Assembly (NCBI GenBank): GCA_964276515.1
Contig: OZ193909.1
Coordinates: 14,818,001 to 14,882,000 of the forward strand
Reading direction: 5' to 3'
Source of the DNA: Gordius albopunctatus
Lineage: Eukaryota
Length of the DNA stretch: 64,000 bases
Part shown: one piece after another, positions 24,174 through 39,339 of the stretch
How the letters are laid out: each line of letters opens with the position of its first letter
Numbering within the stretch: position 1 is the first letter of the stretch
Program-made: the position numbers and the translations under genes
Notes under the pieces: model-generated
Databases searched by the model: none
What the model was told of the DNA's origin: nothing
What the model saw: only the letters and a program-made list of their open reading frames with translations

Positions 24174-26753
24174 ATGAATTCTGGAGGTGGCAGGCAAAAT
24201 AATTCCAATTTGGGTGACAAAATATACGCTGCCGAAAAAATAATCAAGAGCCGAAGTCAAAAAGTATGACTAAACTTAGCTAGCTTACCTCATAAAATCC
24301 CATTTTTTCAAATATTATTTTGATATTTTTCTTGTTTGCGTAGGGCAAGATTTATTACTACGTGAAATGGAGAGATTGGAGTGATAAGTAAATTTATAAA
24401 TGAATTTTTAAAGATAAAATATCATTAGACATAATACTTGGGAACCGTCCGAAAATATTCTTGACCGCAGATTACTGGATGCATTCAAATTAAGGTTAGC
24501 GTTTTTGTCACTGTTATTTCTCTTCATTTCATACTTTTCATCTTTATAAATCAAAATGTTCCTGGGCGTAGCCACACGCCAGCATTGGGATTAAAGGGCG
24601 GCAATAATGATTTAGGGACGGGCAAAATGATCATTTTTTCAAATTTTCGGATTTATAGGGGGTTAGCCTCCCATCCTTGCTTCCCCCTTGGCTCCGCCCA
24701 TAAACATTTGTGTAATTTAGAAGCAGACTACTTTATGAATTTTGGTAATTACTTTGAAAATTAAAAAGTTTGCGGCGATATGTTTGCATGCCAAAAATTT
24801 TTTTGTCTAATGTTGATTAAATTATTTTTTATTTATATTGTTATTTTTATAGAAAGTTGAACTTTAGAAAAAGGTTTGAATTTTTAGTTTTACATAACTA
24901 CTATTTAACAACGTTTTTAATCTCATTACAGGGAAAGAAGGTCGCTTATTAAAAGTAAAAAAAGCAATGGGGACACTTCGTCTAACCCAGACTTCGATAC
25001 AAAATCTACTTTGAAACAAGTAAAAAATCATTTTAAATTCATTTTTTTCGGATTAATAATTACAAGCTAGCCAAAAACCTACAGTCTATAAACTTAATTG
25101 TCATAAAGCCCTTTTCAGAATCATTCTACCTCTCTTTTAAATTGTTAATGAACTTCTTTGCCCTTTTGATTATGGTCTCGATAGCAAAAACTTTGTAATT
25201 AAATAGGTATTAAGTATATTCATTAGTCTCTTTCATATAAATAGTATCCATCTTTTTATCCCTGTTGTTGCCTCGAGTTTGGTTCCTTCGGTAAACAGGC
25301 GATTTAATTTTTCAAAGAAATCGGAAAACGCTCACCGAAATCTAAAATTTCTCCGTCTTTTTTAACTAGGGATTCTTGTAGGATACAACATCTTTGGCGA
25401 CTCTTGGCCTATATCTTTGTATTTAACCAATATATCTTTATTTTTGTATTATGCTTGTGTGTGTAACTTTGTTTTTGTGGAAATAAACTGTTAACAAAAA
25501 AATAGTATCCAATGATCAAAAAAGCTTAAAATTTACTTTAAAACCGCAAATAAAATAAATTCCTCTATTTTCATATCAAGTTAACGGGCAAGGATGAGTC
25601 TCAATGCAGTAGCAATAGCGCCGCTGAAGAGCCTCGGAGGAGAGCTTCTAGGCTAGCGGTTAATCTTGGCCCACCACAATATTCGAATGTGTCCGGTAGT
25701 ATCAATAATATCACCAGGCCGCCAATTTTAACGGTAGCTGACGCAATGCAATCTTCCCTACTCTCTCGCCATTCCCTCCTTCAAGCAGCTTCGGATCACA
25801 TCAATTTACGGGACGTCTTGAGTACCATAACGTCCCTGCAAAATTGCAATTTGATAGCCGCTTCCAACAACAAAATGCTCGCGAGCCCTTTCCCTTCCCA
25901 TTCAACGCCGCCCGAGCCGAAAGTTAGCGATTCTAACTTCCTCCACCAACAAGGCTTGATTACGTCAGCCGCCCCCCTTAGACCCTCTTCGTTGGACCAA
26001 ATCGTCGCGGGACACGCCAATGGTAATAGACGCAAAACGTCCAAACCTATTAAAAGAATTCTAGCCCCGAGTCCGAATTCGGAAGATCATCAGTCGGGCC
26101 TAAGTGGGCTCGATAATAGCTTAGAGGAGGAGACTAAATGTGAGGAAATGCATACAATTAAAAGTTCGGAATCGGGATTGAACTCGGCTGCCTTAAGGGT
26201 TAAACAAGGCGTTAGCGTGATACGCTTCAACGATAACCCCAATCCTTTATCCATAGAGGAGTTAACGAAACGACCTCATGACTTGGGTAAAAACATTCAA
26301 AACGATGTACCATCATCTCCCGGTCCCTTAGTAATTCAAGAAAATCCCGAAATCATTCCAGCAACAGTCCAATCTTCAAACTCCCCAAAACGGGTTAAGA
26401 AGGCTGTGGCGGCTGCTAGCCCACATAGGAAAAAGGGCAAAAAAAAGCACTCTCGCCCACACCCCTCACCTTCTTCTTGTAATAGCAAAAAAGAATGTGT
26501 TTCCAAAGAAAAATCACATTTACCAGCACAAAACGTCATTAACTCTCCACAGCTTTTAGCAGCAGAAAACGCACAAGAAATCCCTCAAAAATGTGAAAGG
26601 AGAGTGGATGCCTCCTTTCAGCGCTTCTTCAAACAACATCGGGCACTGATCGATAAAATTTTGATCACCGAGGTTGATGGCAAAAATTTTGCCGTAACCT
26701 TTTACGAATGTCCCGACGAAGAACCTAATAATTTTTTCCAAATTAAAACTTAA
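24174..26753 (+). CDS. Pc: Polycomb / chromobox (CBX2/4/6/7/8-type) protein, ~486 aa, 5 coding exons
   Basis: Exons 24174-24263, 24344-24387, 24429-24494, 24932-25019 and 25581-26753 join in frame through GT-AG introns. They give [64 protein letters not shown] (Pc-type chromodomain) and a C-terminal Pc-box-like ILITEVDGKNFAVTFYEC...FF. AATAAA at ~27077. Confidence 0.88.
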
Positions 26754-27802
26754 GTTAGGCGGCGGTATTTATTCGCCGTTTTGCATAGCATGACAAATGA
26801 ACACACCTTGAGGGTGATACCACAAAAATTAAATTAACTGCAATCCATAAACTATAGGCCCCACCCACCTACTTTAATGTACTGCAATCCTTTAAAATTA
26901 TAGGTTCCCCACGCACCTTAGAGATTATACAACACGTGTATATCACACATTTATATAGGCTTATATTATTTATAAAGTTGTTAAAAATTTATTCACGTTG
27001 TTTTAACGATTTTCCACAAATAATATATATATACATATTCTTGTTATCACTATTTACTACATTACCCCACATGATCAATAAAACCGTACCATAAATTTAA
27101 CTAAAAAATTTGACATAGAACTTGAGCATTTTATGTAAAAATTCACGATTTATACAATTTGCCTTTTTATTATAAAAAACCAAAATTTTACTTTAAATTC
27201 CCTCCTCCCGTTCTCTAATACATCCCGGACATACAAAATGGATTTTAGGGCTCCCATTCTTTTTGTTGTAAAGCAAAGAGATTTTATCTTATACAACTTT
27301 TAAGTAATTTCGTGCGATTGAATCAAACAACTTTGAGTGAACTCGCTTGAACTTGCGATGTGGGAACAAACATGAGACGGGATTTTAATTATAAAATGCA
27401 GCGCTTAAACTGAATGCCTAATAAAATAAATAACGAACCTCCTCATGGTGGGCTTAGCCAGAAATTGAATTGTAGGGTGGGAGGGTAAAATAACGTGTTT
27501 TTTTATTTTAATCAGAGATCTAAACAAAAGCGCCTATAAATTATTATGTTTTTTGTTAGAAAGATTCAAATGAATCTAAGCATATTTTTAAAACTTGTAA
27601 ATCTGGTGTTAAATAACTTTGAATAACACGTCTCTTAGTTTTAAGCATTTACATAAACGCATAATTCTTCCATTTTTTTCTACTTTTAATAATATATTTA
27701 TGCAATATTTAAAGATATGACTTGATTTATGTTTTAATTTTTGTTATATATTTGGTTGTTCACAATATATGATTTTATTAATGTTTCAATTTATTATAGA
27801 TA

Positions 27803-27935
27803 CATGGTCTGCCCCCCCCCCTTTTAAATCGGAAAATTTGTGAAAATTATAGCTAAAATTTCAAAAAATGATCATTTTGCTCCAACTAAATCAATTACGC
27901 CCCCGCCTCTTATCACAATGCTGGCCACGCCCATG
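27803..27935. mobile_element. CATGGGCGTAG-family MITE (degenerate)
   Basis: catgg ... ctggccacgcccatg, TSD tatagata/tatatata. Confidence 0.7.
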
Positions 27936-28899
27936 TATATATATCTGAACATAGTATTAAATACTACAAACAATTATATATAATAACAGTATAAAAAACA
28001 CTATATGAGTAATTAATATGTCTTCAACTTCCTCTTTTGGAAAAGGAGGAATAATTTTTAAGATCATATGATAGATTTGAAGTTGCGATTCACCTAAAAA
28101 TCTTGACGATTTAAAAACGCTATAATGGCTAAGATTTTTGAATCTAATTTTCATTCATTAAACTACTTGGGATTAGGAGCTGACAATATCAGAAAATTAT
28201 TTATTTCTCCCATGTCTTATCTACTAGGGTTGCGTTAGTAGCGTAGCCAGGGTTGGATTTAAAGGGAGGGGGCAATAATGATAATTTTTGTCCAATTATA
28301 GTCATAATTATATTAAATTTTGAAGCATTTTTGGATTTAGTGGCGACTCCCATGGCTAGGAGCTTCAGAATTAGCGAATTCTAGTAGCTAGCTCTCTCTT
28401 TTCTCTCTTGCGTCTGAGACGACCTTTAATCGCACCAAAGGGAAAAGGGGGGGGGGGGGTTTGGTGTTTGTGAAACATCAAGCTTTTTTACCTTTGTCAT
28501 ATCTTATAATAGCGTCATGTTGTTTCTATGAGTGTCCCCAAACTTATTTGATAAGGAAGGGAGAAGAGGGGAGGGGGGGGGGGTGCATGTAAAAATGTTC
28601 GATCTTTATGTAAGTATGTGTAGTGTTGTTGTGATATAATTTGACCTCTGTCTTCCTCCTCCTTCTCTTATATAATTCTCTCACACAAAGGATGTCAAAG
28701 CATTCCAGGTAAGGACTATAGTTATATTTAATTGCTCTTGCTCGGATGACCTTTCATCACAACTAATGTTAGCACGGACACGCAGCTCCTGGCTTAAGTC
28801 TTATTCCCACAACTTTAAATAAGGATTTTATTCTTTGTTAAATTGAACTAGCCAAAAATAATTAGGCGAATTCCGATAAAAAGAAATGATTCAACTATT

Positions 28900-29130
28900 A
28901 AGCCAAACGAAGAACAACTATATGATGAAACATTTGTCAGACCACGTATGACGATTAAAGTGTCAATAACTTAAGAGGGTCGAATGTTAGGTATTGATAA
29001 AGAGAGAGGCCATGTCATAATAATTTGTTAAATAAGAATTTTTGGTTGCCTATCCCAAGAAATAAGAGAAATTTGCTTATTTACCTGCTTGCCAATGGCA
29101 CCACAAAGCACGAGTTTGCCGACGTAGGCA
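28900..29130 (+). mobile_element. Highly decayed RTE LINE 3' remnant
   Basis: Broken LY..FVRP and RML...G..R..H-like fragments resembling the RTE C-terminus seen elsewhere in the window. Confidence 0.3.
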
Positions 29131-32100
29131 TATTAGCAATAACCCTATAAATTTTACGTTTTGCCCCCCCCCCCTAATCCAAAACCTGGCTACGCCCATG
29201 CGTGTGTGCGAACGTGGAAGGGAAGGGATTAAGATGAATAAAATTTTGACAAGGATTTTTAAATAAATACCTCCTATTCTATAATTAGAGCCGTCTCAAC
29301 ATGAACGTGATAATATAAAAAATTATTTTAGAACCATCTTGTTTGCTGAAAAATGATTAACCTAAAGTCACAAAGGCTACCTTTTAATCGTGTTACATTT
29401 GTAAATTTCAACTGTTAGAAAAGTACAATTGAATTAGCTTTTATAGATCATAAGGGATTTAAAAATGCAGTATTTAGATAAATATCATTACAGTATCCCC
29501 TTTGATTCTACTCTATTAAAACTTTTGTTTAACTTTTAACTGATTAGTTAAATTAAGCGATGTTGATTTTAGGTCCAGTTAAAGTTAAACTCACGGAAAA
29601 AAGTTTTTGTTTCGTTAAGTTGGCAAAGTCTTAACAACAGAGCTGTTACTAATAATGAACGAATAAAATGTAAGTTTTGTTGATAAATAGAACGATTATC
29701 TTTTAAAAATTGATAAATATTTTTAGGTTATATACTTTTTTACTTTTTTTGTTTGTTTAAACAAACATATTTGACTCTTCCTATTTGCATGGATCATAGC
29801 TATCCATTTGTTATAAAATACATTAAACATTGTGTCTACATTTATTCTTTGCCCATTAATCTTTTCAAACTATTTTAGGGCTTATGTTATGTACCCCCTT
29901 GGCCCAGGACATATATTATATTCTTTATATATGCAAATGAGAACGAAAATACCAGAGAAGAAGCATAAATATAATTTATGGCCTTGAACCATAAAATTTC
30001 AAATATTCAAAATTTTTACTTAATTTTAGCTGCTTATTGTAAGGTAAATTCAAAAATAGTGTTGAAAATGATTTTTGTAAATTACTTGCGCCTACTCGAC
30101 GGTTTTTGGAAGGGGTGCTTATATTCAAAATTTTTTTTAACTTCAACAAATTAGGGGGAAAAAAACAAACTTCTTTCTCCATTTACATATACCCTGGCTC
30201 TGCCCATGATATTAAATATTATGTAAAAGTTTAATTGAATAAATCCTTTCAACTTTTTATTTACAAAGTGATCTTTACATTAATTCATATTTACAATCCA
30301 TCAGAAACATTATCTTTTAAACAAAGGTAGTAACATTTATTTGAACTTAGTAATAAGAATTTCTTAGAAGTTCTAACTTTAAAAAAATTAAGAACACAAG
30401 CATATCTAAGATTAAGATAGATTATAGATAGGTACAAAAACACATACAAATTTCCCACAAAAATTAGACAACCTTGTATAAAATTTATTTAATTAAAGGC
30501 AGGGGCCATGGGCGAAGCCATGGAGAAGCACGTCCTAACTTTAAAATTCTCATATTTTAAAAATGTATGGTTAGAATTAAATATTTTCATTTTTCTCCTA
30601 ACTTTAATATTACCCCACTCATATTATTAATTTCAATCCTGGCTTATGAGGAATTGATATAAACAACATTAACCATGGGCGTAGACAGCATTAGGATTAC
30701 AGGTAGGCAATAATGATTTACGGAAGGAGAAAAAGCCATCATTTTAATAAATTTCAACAAATTTTTGGATTTAGAGGGGGGCAGACGTTGTGAATTAGGG
30801 GGGGGGTGGCAAAAAATAAAATTTAATTTTTTTTTGTCATTTAGGGGGGGGGGCGCCCCCCTCCCTGGCTACGCCCATTACCATTTAGCTAATTAAAAGA
30901 GGTTCGTTCTAACACCCCCCCCTTATGAAACATTTTTAAGGAAACATAGGCGTTAACATCTTGCCCAGAAAGATATTTCAAATCTTCTAGCGACATATTG
31001 TCAATCAACCAAGAATGACATGCCCTGTATATCTTTTTGGTTATCACATTAAAATGTAATGTAAAACAAAGAAACTTGTTCTCTTCAAATGTCAATGTAC
31101 CTAAATTTAATATGGACCTCTTATAAGTTAAAGGGGGTGGGACATAACTAAAATGTCAATTTGAAATCCAAAAAAAATCATAGATTTTTAAAAGATTTAT
31201 GAGTAGTGCAAAATCCAAAACTGTTTTCACATTAATTTATATTGAAGTTGAAATTTAAAAATTTTATCCTTCTCAATACCTACTATTCTTTATTGATTTT
31301 TCCCCTCTCTTTAATAATGATTGTGCCCATGATTATTGACTTAGAAGGCAAAAAATATAATAGGCAAGTCGAAGGAATCAAGTTTTTTTACATAACAATT
31401 TGAGAGCAAGCCTTATTGTAGGGGGGGGAGGATATGTTAACATATATTTTTTTAATTTAAATCAGGAATGGGTGGGGGTAATGGTAATATGGATATTCAG
31501 GAGGATATTATCGTATAAAATAAACCCCTAGTGGGAGCTATAGATGGCGAAAATTTATTTTTGGCCTCATCTAAATTTTATTATTAATGGAAAGGATTAT
31601 GTAAAATGTTAGCCAGTTTTAGGTTTAAATCTGAAATAATTAATTAAAATAATTCATGACGATAAATATATTTTCGAATATCATACATACTACCTTGATT
31701 TTTGGGTTTTGAACAACGATAAATTTGAGCTACATTTATTAGAACTTCCAAATTCTAGAGATTGTCTATAGAAAAAATTATAAAAGGAATTAAGCATAAA
31801 TTGTCTTATAAGCTTTTATAACTCTAAAAAGATGTTATTAGCACCTTATGATTTTTAAAATTGATTATTTTTCTTTATTTTAATACCTATTATAGTGGAT
31901 GGTATTACAGATTTGTTAATTAGCCTTAATAGATGTAATCGGATAAGTCTGAGTTGGATCGAATTTCATACTCATGCATAAAACCTTATAATATGACACT
32001 TACCATTTAAATAACCAAATTCATTTTTATAATTTTTTATAAATTCTATTTGCGATAGAATAAACAAATAATTTTTCGGAATTTTGTTTATTGATTAAAA

Positions 32101-33863
32101 ACGTGAGGCTTAATAAGCATTTTGTGGGAATTATACTTTAATTAATTACCATAAATTTTGTATTGCTTATTAATTGTATCAAATCAAGCAAATGTTTTTC
32201 TTTCGTTATTTGGGAATCTTAGTCTATATACCTTTTTAAAAAATGATATAATAATCTGGCAAAGTTATTTATCGATTATTTTTTACTTTGGCCAGCACTG
32301 AACTGTCTGCCCCAACTTTAAATGGCTTAAAAATTGGTTGGAGAAACCACGGGCATAGTCAGGATTTCATCAAGAAAGGGTGGGGGGGGGTGCAAAAAGT
32401 TGATTAAGGAAAAATAATATTTATAAATTTAAACCATATTTTATCAAATTTTAATTGTTAAATTATAGAAGAATTGCTCTTCCCAGCTCAGTTATATACG
32501 TAACGACTTTTTAACTTCGTTTAAATTTGAGCCTCAATTATATATATTTACTCATTAGAATCATTTATCCAAACATATATACTCGATTTAAATCAGTTGA
32601 ATGTATTTTATAATTGCCTATATTTATTTATTAGTAAAAATAAATTCTTTTTCTAAAATAGAAGATAGAGAATGATATACCTGTTTTAGATAAATCTATG
32701 TTGGTTTCTGTTAAATTAGGCCTCTAGTGATGAAGTTTTTCCTTTTGCAATATTAAAAAATTTTTTTTGTATTAAAATTTTTTATTAAATGAAATTAAAC
32801 TATAAACATAAAAATCATATGCGAGGTAAACATTCGAAAATTGCGATAGCGTTGAAATGACAAATAATGATTCCGATTTTCTGTAAAAAATTTTATTACA
32901 AAAAAAAAATTAAAATTTGGTGTGAATATTGTTTATAAGCTAGGCTGCTGATATACTTTGAATTTAGTTAGACACAATTTTTCACTTTTTAAAAATCTAG
33001 TTTATGTTTATAGCTTTTTAAACCAGTCATTTTTAGTCTTAAATCGCTATGGTGATGATGATGGGAATATGTCGTTGAGTACTGTTGTCCAGTCAGCCAG
33101 CTCCTAATGTTTCTATTTTATTGTCATGTTCGCATTAGCAATATTAATACGTGTTGATATCTTCTTGGAAAATTAAAAATAACAAAAAGATGGTTTAGCA
33201 AAACATACATATTTGTAGGTGTATAACAAAATCAAGATCTTTCTTTTAAAATTGTCCTAAGAATCGTCTTCAACAACGTTGTTGTGCGCATTTATTTTGG
33301 GGAAACATACCTATGTTTATCATCCTAATAATTTAAATTAATAATTAAAATAGTATTTTATGTATTCCATAAATTTTAAATATTGTATATATGTTATCAT
33401 ATATACTGTGCAAGCAGGCCTATTATTTTTTCACACCATTTCATTTTTTAGATTAAGTTAAATAACCGAAGGCTTCAACCGCCTGAGCGATTTACTTGCT
33501 TTTTCTCACGTAAATTAACAGTGTAAAAAAGTTAAGTTACAATCTTCACCCAAATATGGTCATGTATACATGACTATAAAATTAATATGAGTTGTTTTGA
33601 AGGCGGAAATTTAATCACGTCATTGGACTAGGCAAGTAGAGACAAAGAGGAAGCGCTATTATCCCCTAAATCAAAATATCATTTAGTAAACCCATAGTTT
33701 TTTAATTAAGAGTTTAATAAAAGGATTTAGCCATGATTGGGCTTTAGCCGAAAATTAAGTGCATTGTAGCAATTTTAGTAATCAAAATCCAACAAAACAG
33801 TCAGAAAGTTTATGGATATTTATTTTTATACTACTAATGTTATAACAATATTATGCTTAGAGA

Positions 33864-33939
33864 CATGAACGTAGCCAGCTTTGGATTTAGAAGGGGGCAG
33901 CCGCCCCTCCCTTCCCCCCCCCCCTTGGCTACGCCCATG
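33864..33939. mobile_element. 76-bp minimal CATGGGCGTAG-family MITE
   Basis: catgaacgtagccag ... ttggctacgcccatg with perfect TSD cttagaga. Confidence 0.88.
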
Positions 33940-36283
33940 CTTAGAGATATGAAAATAAGTACTTTTTCAGCTTTATGCCAGCTTACTTAAACTAAATATA
34001 TACCACGTAGACGTACTAGCTATCACTTTTTTAAAGCCATTGAAATAAAACAGAGCTTATTTTTAGAAAAACTTGAGAAATAAGAAGCTAAAAGATTATT
34101 AAGTTATAAAAGTTTAGACTGGAAAAGGATGTTATTAAGAGCTGAATTTCATCTATTTTTAAATTTGGAGAGGATAGCCAACATTAGTCTTAAATAGAAC
34201 TGTTTAACGAACTAATTCCTTTTATTGCAAAAGAGAAATTGGTTAAATTTCACTTGAATTAAAAAGCTTAGGAACTGATCTATCTAAGACAAAAGGTTTT
34301 ACTCATTTACATTCCTTTTATATATTGCTTAATTGTCTTCACGTGTTTCTCCAGAATCTGCATTTTATAAATCATAGGTAAATTTTAAAACATTTAGTTT
34401 ATTCTCTAGAGAGCTAAATTGTATTTTTAACATATTATAATAGTAAATTTTTAGGCATAATTTATTATTTCTAATCATCTTTTAAATAATTATCAACATT
34501 TAATTAATCTGTGAATTTTTTGAATTTATTTGTTTTAATGTGATTATTTTAATATTATTATGTTTATCATCTGTAAAAATGGCATTAATTTAATCGCATT
34601 CAAATTGAGTGCAGGGTTGGGAGTATATTGAATGCCAGTTGGCTTGGCTGGCGTACGATGGCGACATTATAACTTTGCATGATATTTTGTTTTTTTACGG
34701 GTCCGTTAAAAATTAGTCAACTTAAAAACGTTAAAGTAATATATTTGGATTAATTATACACAATTAAGCACTATTTCTATAATTTTACACTATCCCACGA
34801 AATGCACTAATACGAAATGAGTTTTACTGGTTTTTTTTGGTTAAAAAGTTTATTTCCACGAAACAAAGTTACATAAATACGAAATGAGTTTTACTGGTTT
34901 AAGTATACGTAGACACAATTTTTTCCAATTATTTAATTATCTTCCTAGGATTTTCGGCGAACTGTTCAATGAAATCAGACTTTATATAGTCTTCTTCAAC
35001 TTTTTATGAAGACTCATTAAACATTATCCATTTCCGTCATCATAGAACTTATGAATCTTAACTTTTAAATTAATCATTATTGGTCTGATGAAAATATAAC
35101 TTACATGTTACAAAAAAATTTTAATATCCAAAATTAGAATTTCGTGGTAGGAAAAAAATGGGTTAATACACAAACTCAACTAGTATTCTCATCCTGATAT
35201 ATAATTTTTAAGAATAAAAATTTAAATTAACGTGTAGACTTGCTAATGAGTGTTTATATAAATTAATAATAAGTCGAAGTAGGGGGCACGGGCATAAGAC
35301 AAACTTTTTTTTTGATTTTAACGCTATTTGTAAAAAAAATTTAGAAAGCTATTCAAGTAAACAAATTAATTTTGTTATATTATTTTCCTTCTATCTTTTT
35401 GAGATAGTAGTAGATATAAAAAAGGAACTTATAAAGAAATGGTAGGTAATCCAAACCAAACTTTTTTAAATATAGAAACTAAGAAGTGAAAAAGTCCCTT
35501 TTTGATTCTTACATATAGATATTTCATGCTAATGTATATTATTAATTAAGAAGAGTAACCTTTTAAATATATTCGCTCACAGTTTCTAGACCAATGGAAA
35601 CTTTTAAATCCGAAAGCAATGTCCCGTGTGTGTAGTATTAAAAATGTTAACACATAATTGTTACTTTAGATGTAGAGAGACCACCAGGCGAGACGTTAAA
35701 ATAAACGTGTGCTCTGAAATAATTAAATGAACAATTTCAAAGTTTGTAAGGACATGTTATTATAGTTTTTCTGCCATTTTTAATGATTTTACTTTGTTCC
35801 AACACTTTTTAGATCAGCTGTATGCATTTATGTTTAAATCAATTACAATTTAATTTATAATAATCACCAAAACCTAAGGAGTTATAACGTGTGAAGGAAA
35901 CGATAAATTTCACCATTTTCAATATTAAAGTTATTTTAAAAAGATATTTTTAAATTATAGCTTTACCATTGACAAGGACTTTTAGTTAGACATTTAGAGG
36001 TACTCCAACAAAATGTTGATAATCTTTATTTCACGATTTCACTTTTTTTAATTTTATATATCCAAAGTCCAAAAACAATTTATATAGCCTATTAGCATGT
36101 TTTGAAAGAGAGAATTTTAAACTTAAATATATTCGAATCACATATAAAATTGGCGTTTAAATAATTTTTCGTTCGAACGTATGTACCTACCCATGAAGGC
36201 TTTTTGCATTGAAAATTTATTTTCGCCATTTAGGGCCCCCCCCTGCCTATGCCTATGTACCTACCTTGGTGTATACTTTTAGT

Positions 36284-37658
36284 TACACCTCTGGGAAATA
36301 TTCGAGATTCGATTCGAATTCGGTGAAATTTCGAATCTAATCCGAATTCGAATCCATATTTGTAATTTTCAAATCGAATATTTACGCTGCTAAGATTCGA
36401 AAATCCGAATCGAATCCTTGAAAAAATAAAATTTTATTTTTTTCCAGTTTAATATAAATAGACGAGACTCAAATATTTAGCTATTTTTATCTTACCGCAT
36501 TTTAGTTATTTTTCCTGCTACAATTTGAAAAAGTTTAATTAAAATTTTTCCAAACTTACATAAGTTATAGAAAACGAGGTTCACAATTTAATTGAATTAT
36601 GGGCTTTGATAAAAATTGCAAGACAGCCCAAAAAAATTTCACGATTAAATGTTATATGTAAAGAATTTAATCCACCAATTAATTACAAAAAGCCAAAACT
36701 TGACATGGTAGTTAGGTGGAACAGCACCTATATAATGATAGAAAAGGGTATCTTTGAAGGTAGGCATTAGATTTGGCCTTTAAAGTTCTTTTAGTAGGAA
36801 TTACTATCCAACATTGAATGAGAACAACAAATTTAAAAGGTTAAATTGATACTTTTTTCCTGTTACAGTGCTGCAACTAATTTAAAATCCGGTGGGCAAA
36901 TCCCACAATGAACTTCGGTATTACCGGTATATTATCAACCAGGCATAGAAGATCATGCTGTCAAGATGACCAAACGGAAAATTGAAGATATATGACATTC
37001 AATAAGAAGATAGTCTTATAAGCAAGTGTCGTCGATTCAAGGCTCAAAGTATACATTGCATACCCTATAGAGAAATTAAAGATGTCTTGGAAACTGCTGT
37101 AGGAAGTCAGCCCAATTTTGTATCCACTAGCGAGGTGTCGACACTGGGAGTCTCCATCGTAGAAATTTTTGCACAAACCACGTGTGCCCTCCAATGTTGA
37201 GCCTTTACACGGTAGAAATCAAATCAACGTCGTTTTCCAGCCATCCAAAAAATCTTCTCTCTATACGTGGATTATTTACCAGTGCGAAAGAATATTTTCA
37301 ACCGGAACCAATATATTGACCAAACACAAGCAATCGTTTAAGGAAGAATTTGTTAGGAAGATAATTTGCCTTAAAAGTTGGCCAAAAACGGTTTTTGATT
37401 TACACATATGGCCATAGTTTTTTGTTCACCTTTGATATTTTTATTTTCAATGTGGGCTCAAATGTATATGCTAATTAAAAAATCATATTAGCCTTTTAAT
37501 GTGTTTTTTAATAATAAAATCTACTAAATATATTTTTGAATCGATTTCTAATCCTTAAATTTTTTTCGAAACGAATTCAAACCTTCATTTTAATATTCGA
37601 CGAATCTCGAATCGAATATTTTTTTGTATTCGATTCGGATTCGAAATCCAGAGGCGTA
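36284..37658 (+). mobile_element. Internally deleted hAT element (TTCGA subterminal repeats)
   Basis: TIRs TACACCTCTGG / CCAGAGGCGTA, TSD cttttagt/cttttaat. Transposase remnants KLDMVVRWNSTYIMIE (~36700) and CERIFSTG...IICLKSW (~37280-37380). Confidence 0.85.
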
Positions 37659-39339
37659 CTTTTAATCTAGCTGTCATTAAAAGGTTCGCGTCCCGCGTTA
37701 TTGACTTTTATTACGTCCTCCCTCCCTTCCACTTATAAATATTTAATCTCATAGGATGCCATTAAAGCCGAATGACCAGTGCAAGCCTAGCACAGCTCAC
37801 TTTCCCTACAAATAAATCGATATCTACATATCAACCAAGGCAATGAGGTTTAGCATAAATTACGCAACAAGGCAGTTCCCTTCTATTAGTTTCCTAAGCT
37901 TGACCCCCTCATCCCCCTTTAATATCTCTCGACAATCAATAAAAAGTCCACTAAGGGGCACTGCGAGCTTAGTAAAATTTACCATTAACTAATGTGATTA
38001 TGGGCATTATAAAAATTTATGAAGATCCCTAGTTAATTGAGGCATCATTTATTATATGATACCATAAACTTCGACATTGTTGAAATTTGATATAAAATGA
38101 AATATAGAATTATATATGAAAGCGGAGGGGGGAAGAAGCACTAAAATAAAAACTATTATAGTGGTACGTACACCACAATATTATCAGAAATTCGATAGGC
38201 CAAGAGAATATATTTTTCGCAAATTAACAATCAAAGGTTTAGATCCCTTTTACAATATAGTATAAATTGAAATAATTCCACTTTTAGAATAATGTTAAAA
38301 TTAATAACACATTATAATTATTATTTTCCACAAAAGAATATCTCTCCTGAAATCTCTAACCTTATCAATACTTAATTTAGCTGCGGCTAAAAACAACTGC
38401 AAAATGATAGCAAGATTATATAACCAGATGGTGCCTTAAATCATTTTACCACATCGCAATTTGCCAAACCATATCCTGGATAATACCTTACATTTTAATT
38501 GTGCGATAACTGAATAGCTTGTGTAATAAAGTGCAGCACCTAAATTTAAAATGCTATTAAAAACAATAATTAAAAACGATCAGAGTAAAAATCTGACTTT
38601 GTTTTTATTTTAAAAAATTTTAGTGTAAATTTTCAAGATTTAAATCTCTATTTAACTATAGATCATTGCAAAATGAGGATTTTTCGTGCCCGATTTTGAA
38701 TTTATATTGCCACGGACAGGACTTTGGTCCGTTTTTAAAAAATTTGAACCGCTAATAGGAACATTAACACAACTAACAAACGCCTGTAACCGACGCAGGC
38801 GCGTAGCCACGATTTTCACGAGGGGGGGGGTGGGAATGGCAAAAAATTTTGCCCCCATTTTATTTGTAATTAAAAGTAAAAATTATACAACCAAAAAGTC
38901 GGGCTCGCTGCTGGGCCCACTCGGCTAAGGGGTCGGGCAGGCTACCGTTCTGAATTGAGATTTTTAAGTATGCCCGGGAGGGCAGCATAATGGGATTTTT
39001 TTAAATCTAGTTTACTATTTATTTGTCTCCTTTCTATCTATAAAAATTCTAGAATTATATCAAAACTTTTTAAAATAAGACAAAATTAATTCTTGAATTT
39101 TAAAATCGTCGTTTTGGGCTCGGCTGTTCGAACAGCATTAGTGAATTGTTCTAGATTTTTATAAGTATTTTAAAGTCTTTGATGTAACAAAACTATAATA
39201 TTTTAACCAAATTAATTTAATTATGAATCAAAAAACTAGGGGGGAGGGGGGGGAATTTCCAATAAAACGGCGGTCAGCAGGTCAAAAAACGTCTAAAGAC
39301 ATAAGGGCCAAATATTCAAAAAACGAAAAAAATTTACAA

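Noticed and set aside
25689..26753. Stand-alone single-exon orphan gene
   Set aside because: It starts at GTG, and the frame extends upstream to an acceptor at 25580 that joins the chromodomain exons.
34809..34900. Short local direct duplications (also 21778-21820)
   Set aside because: Ordinary 20-25-bp slippage duplications with no further structure.
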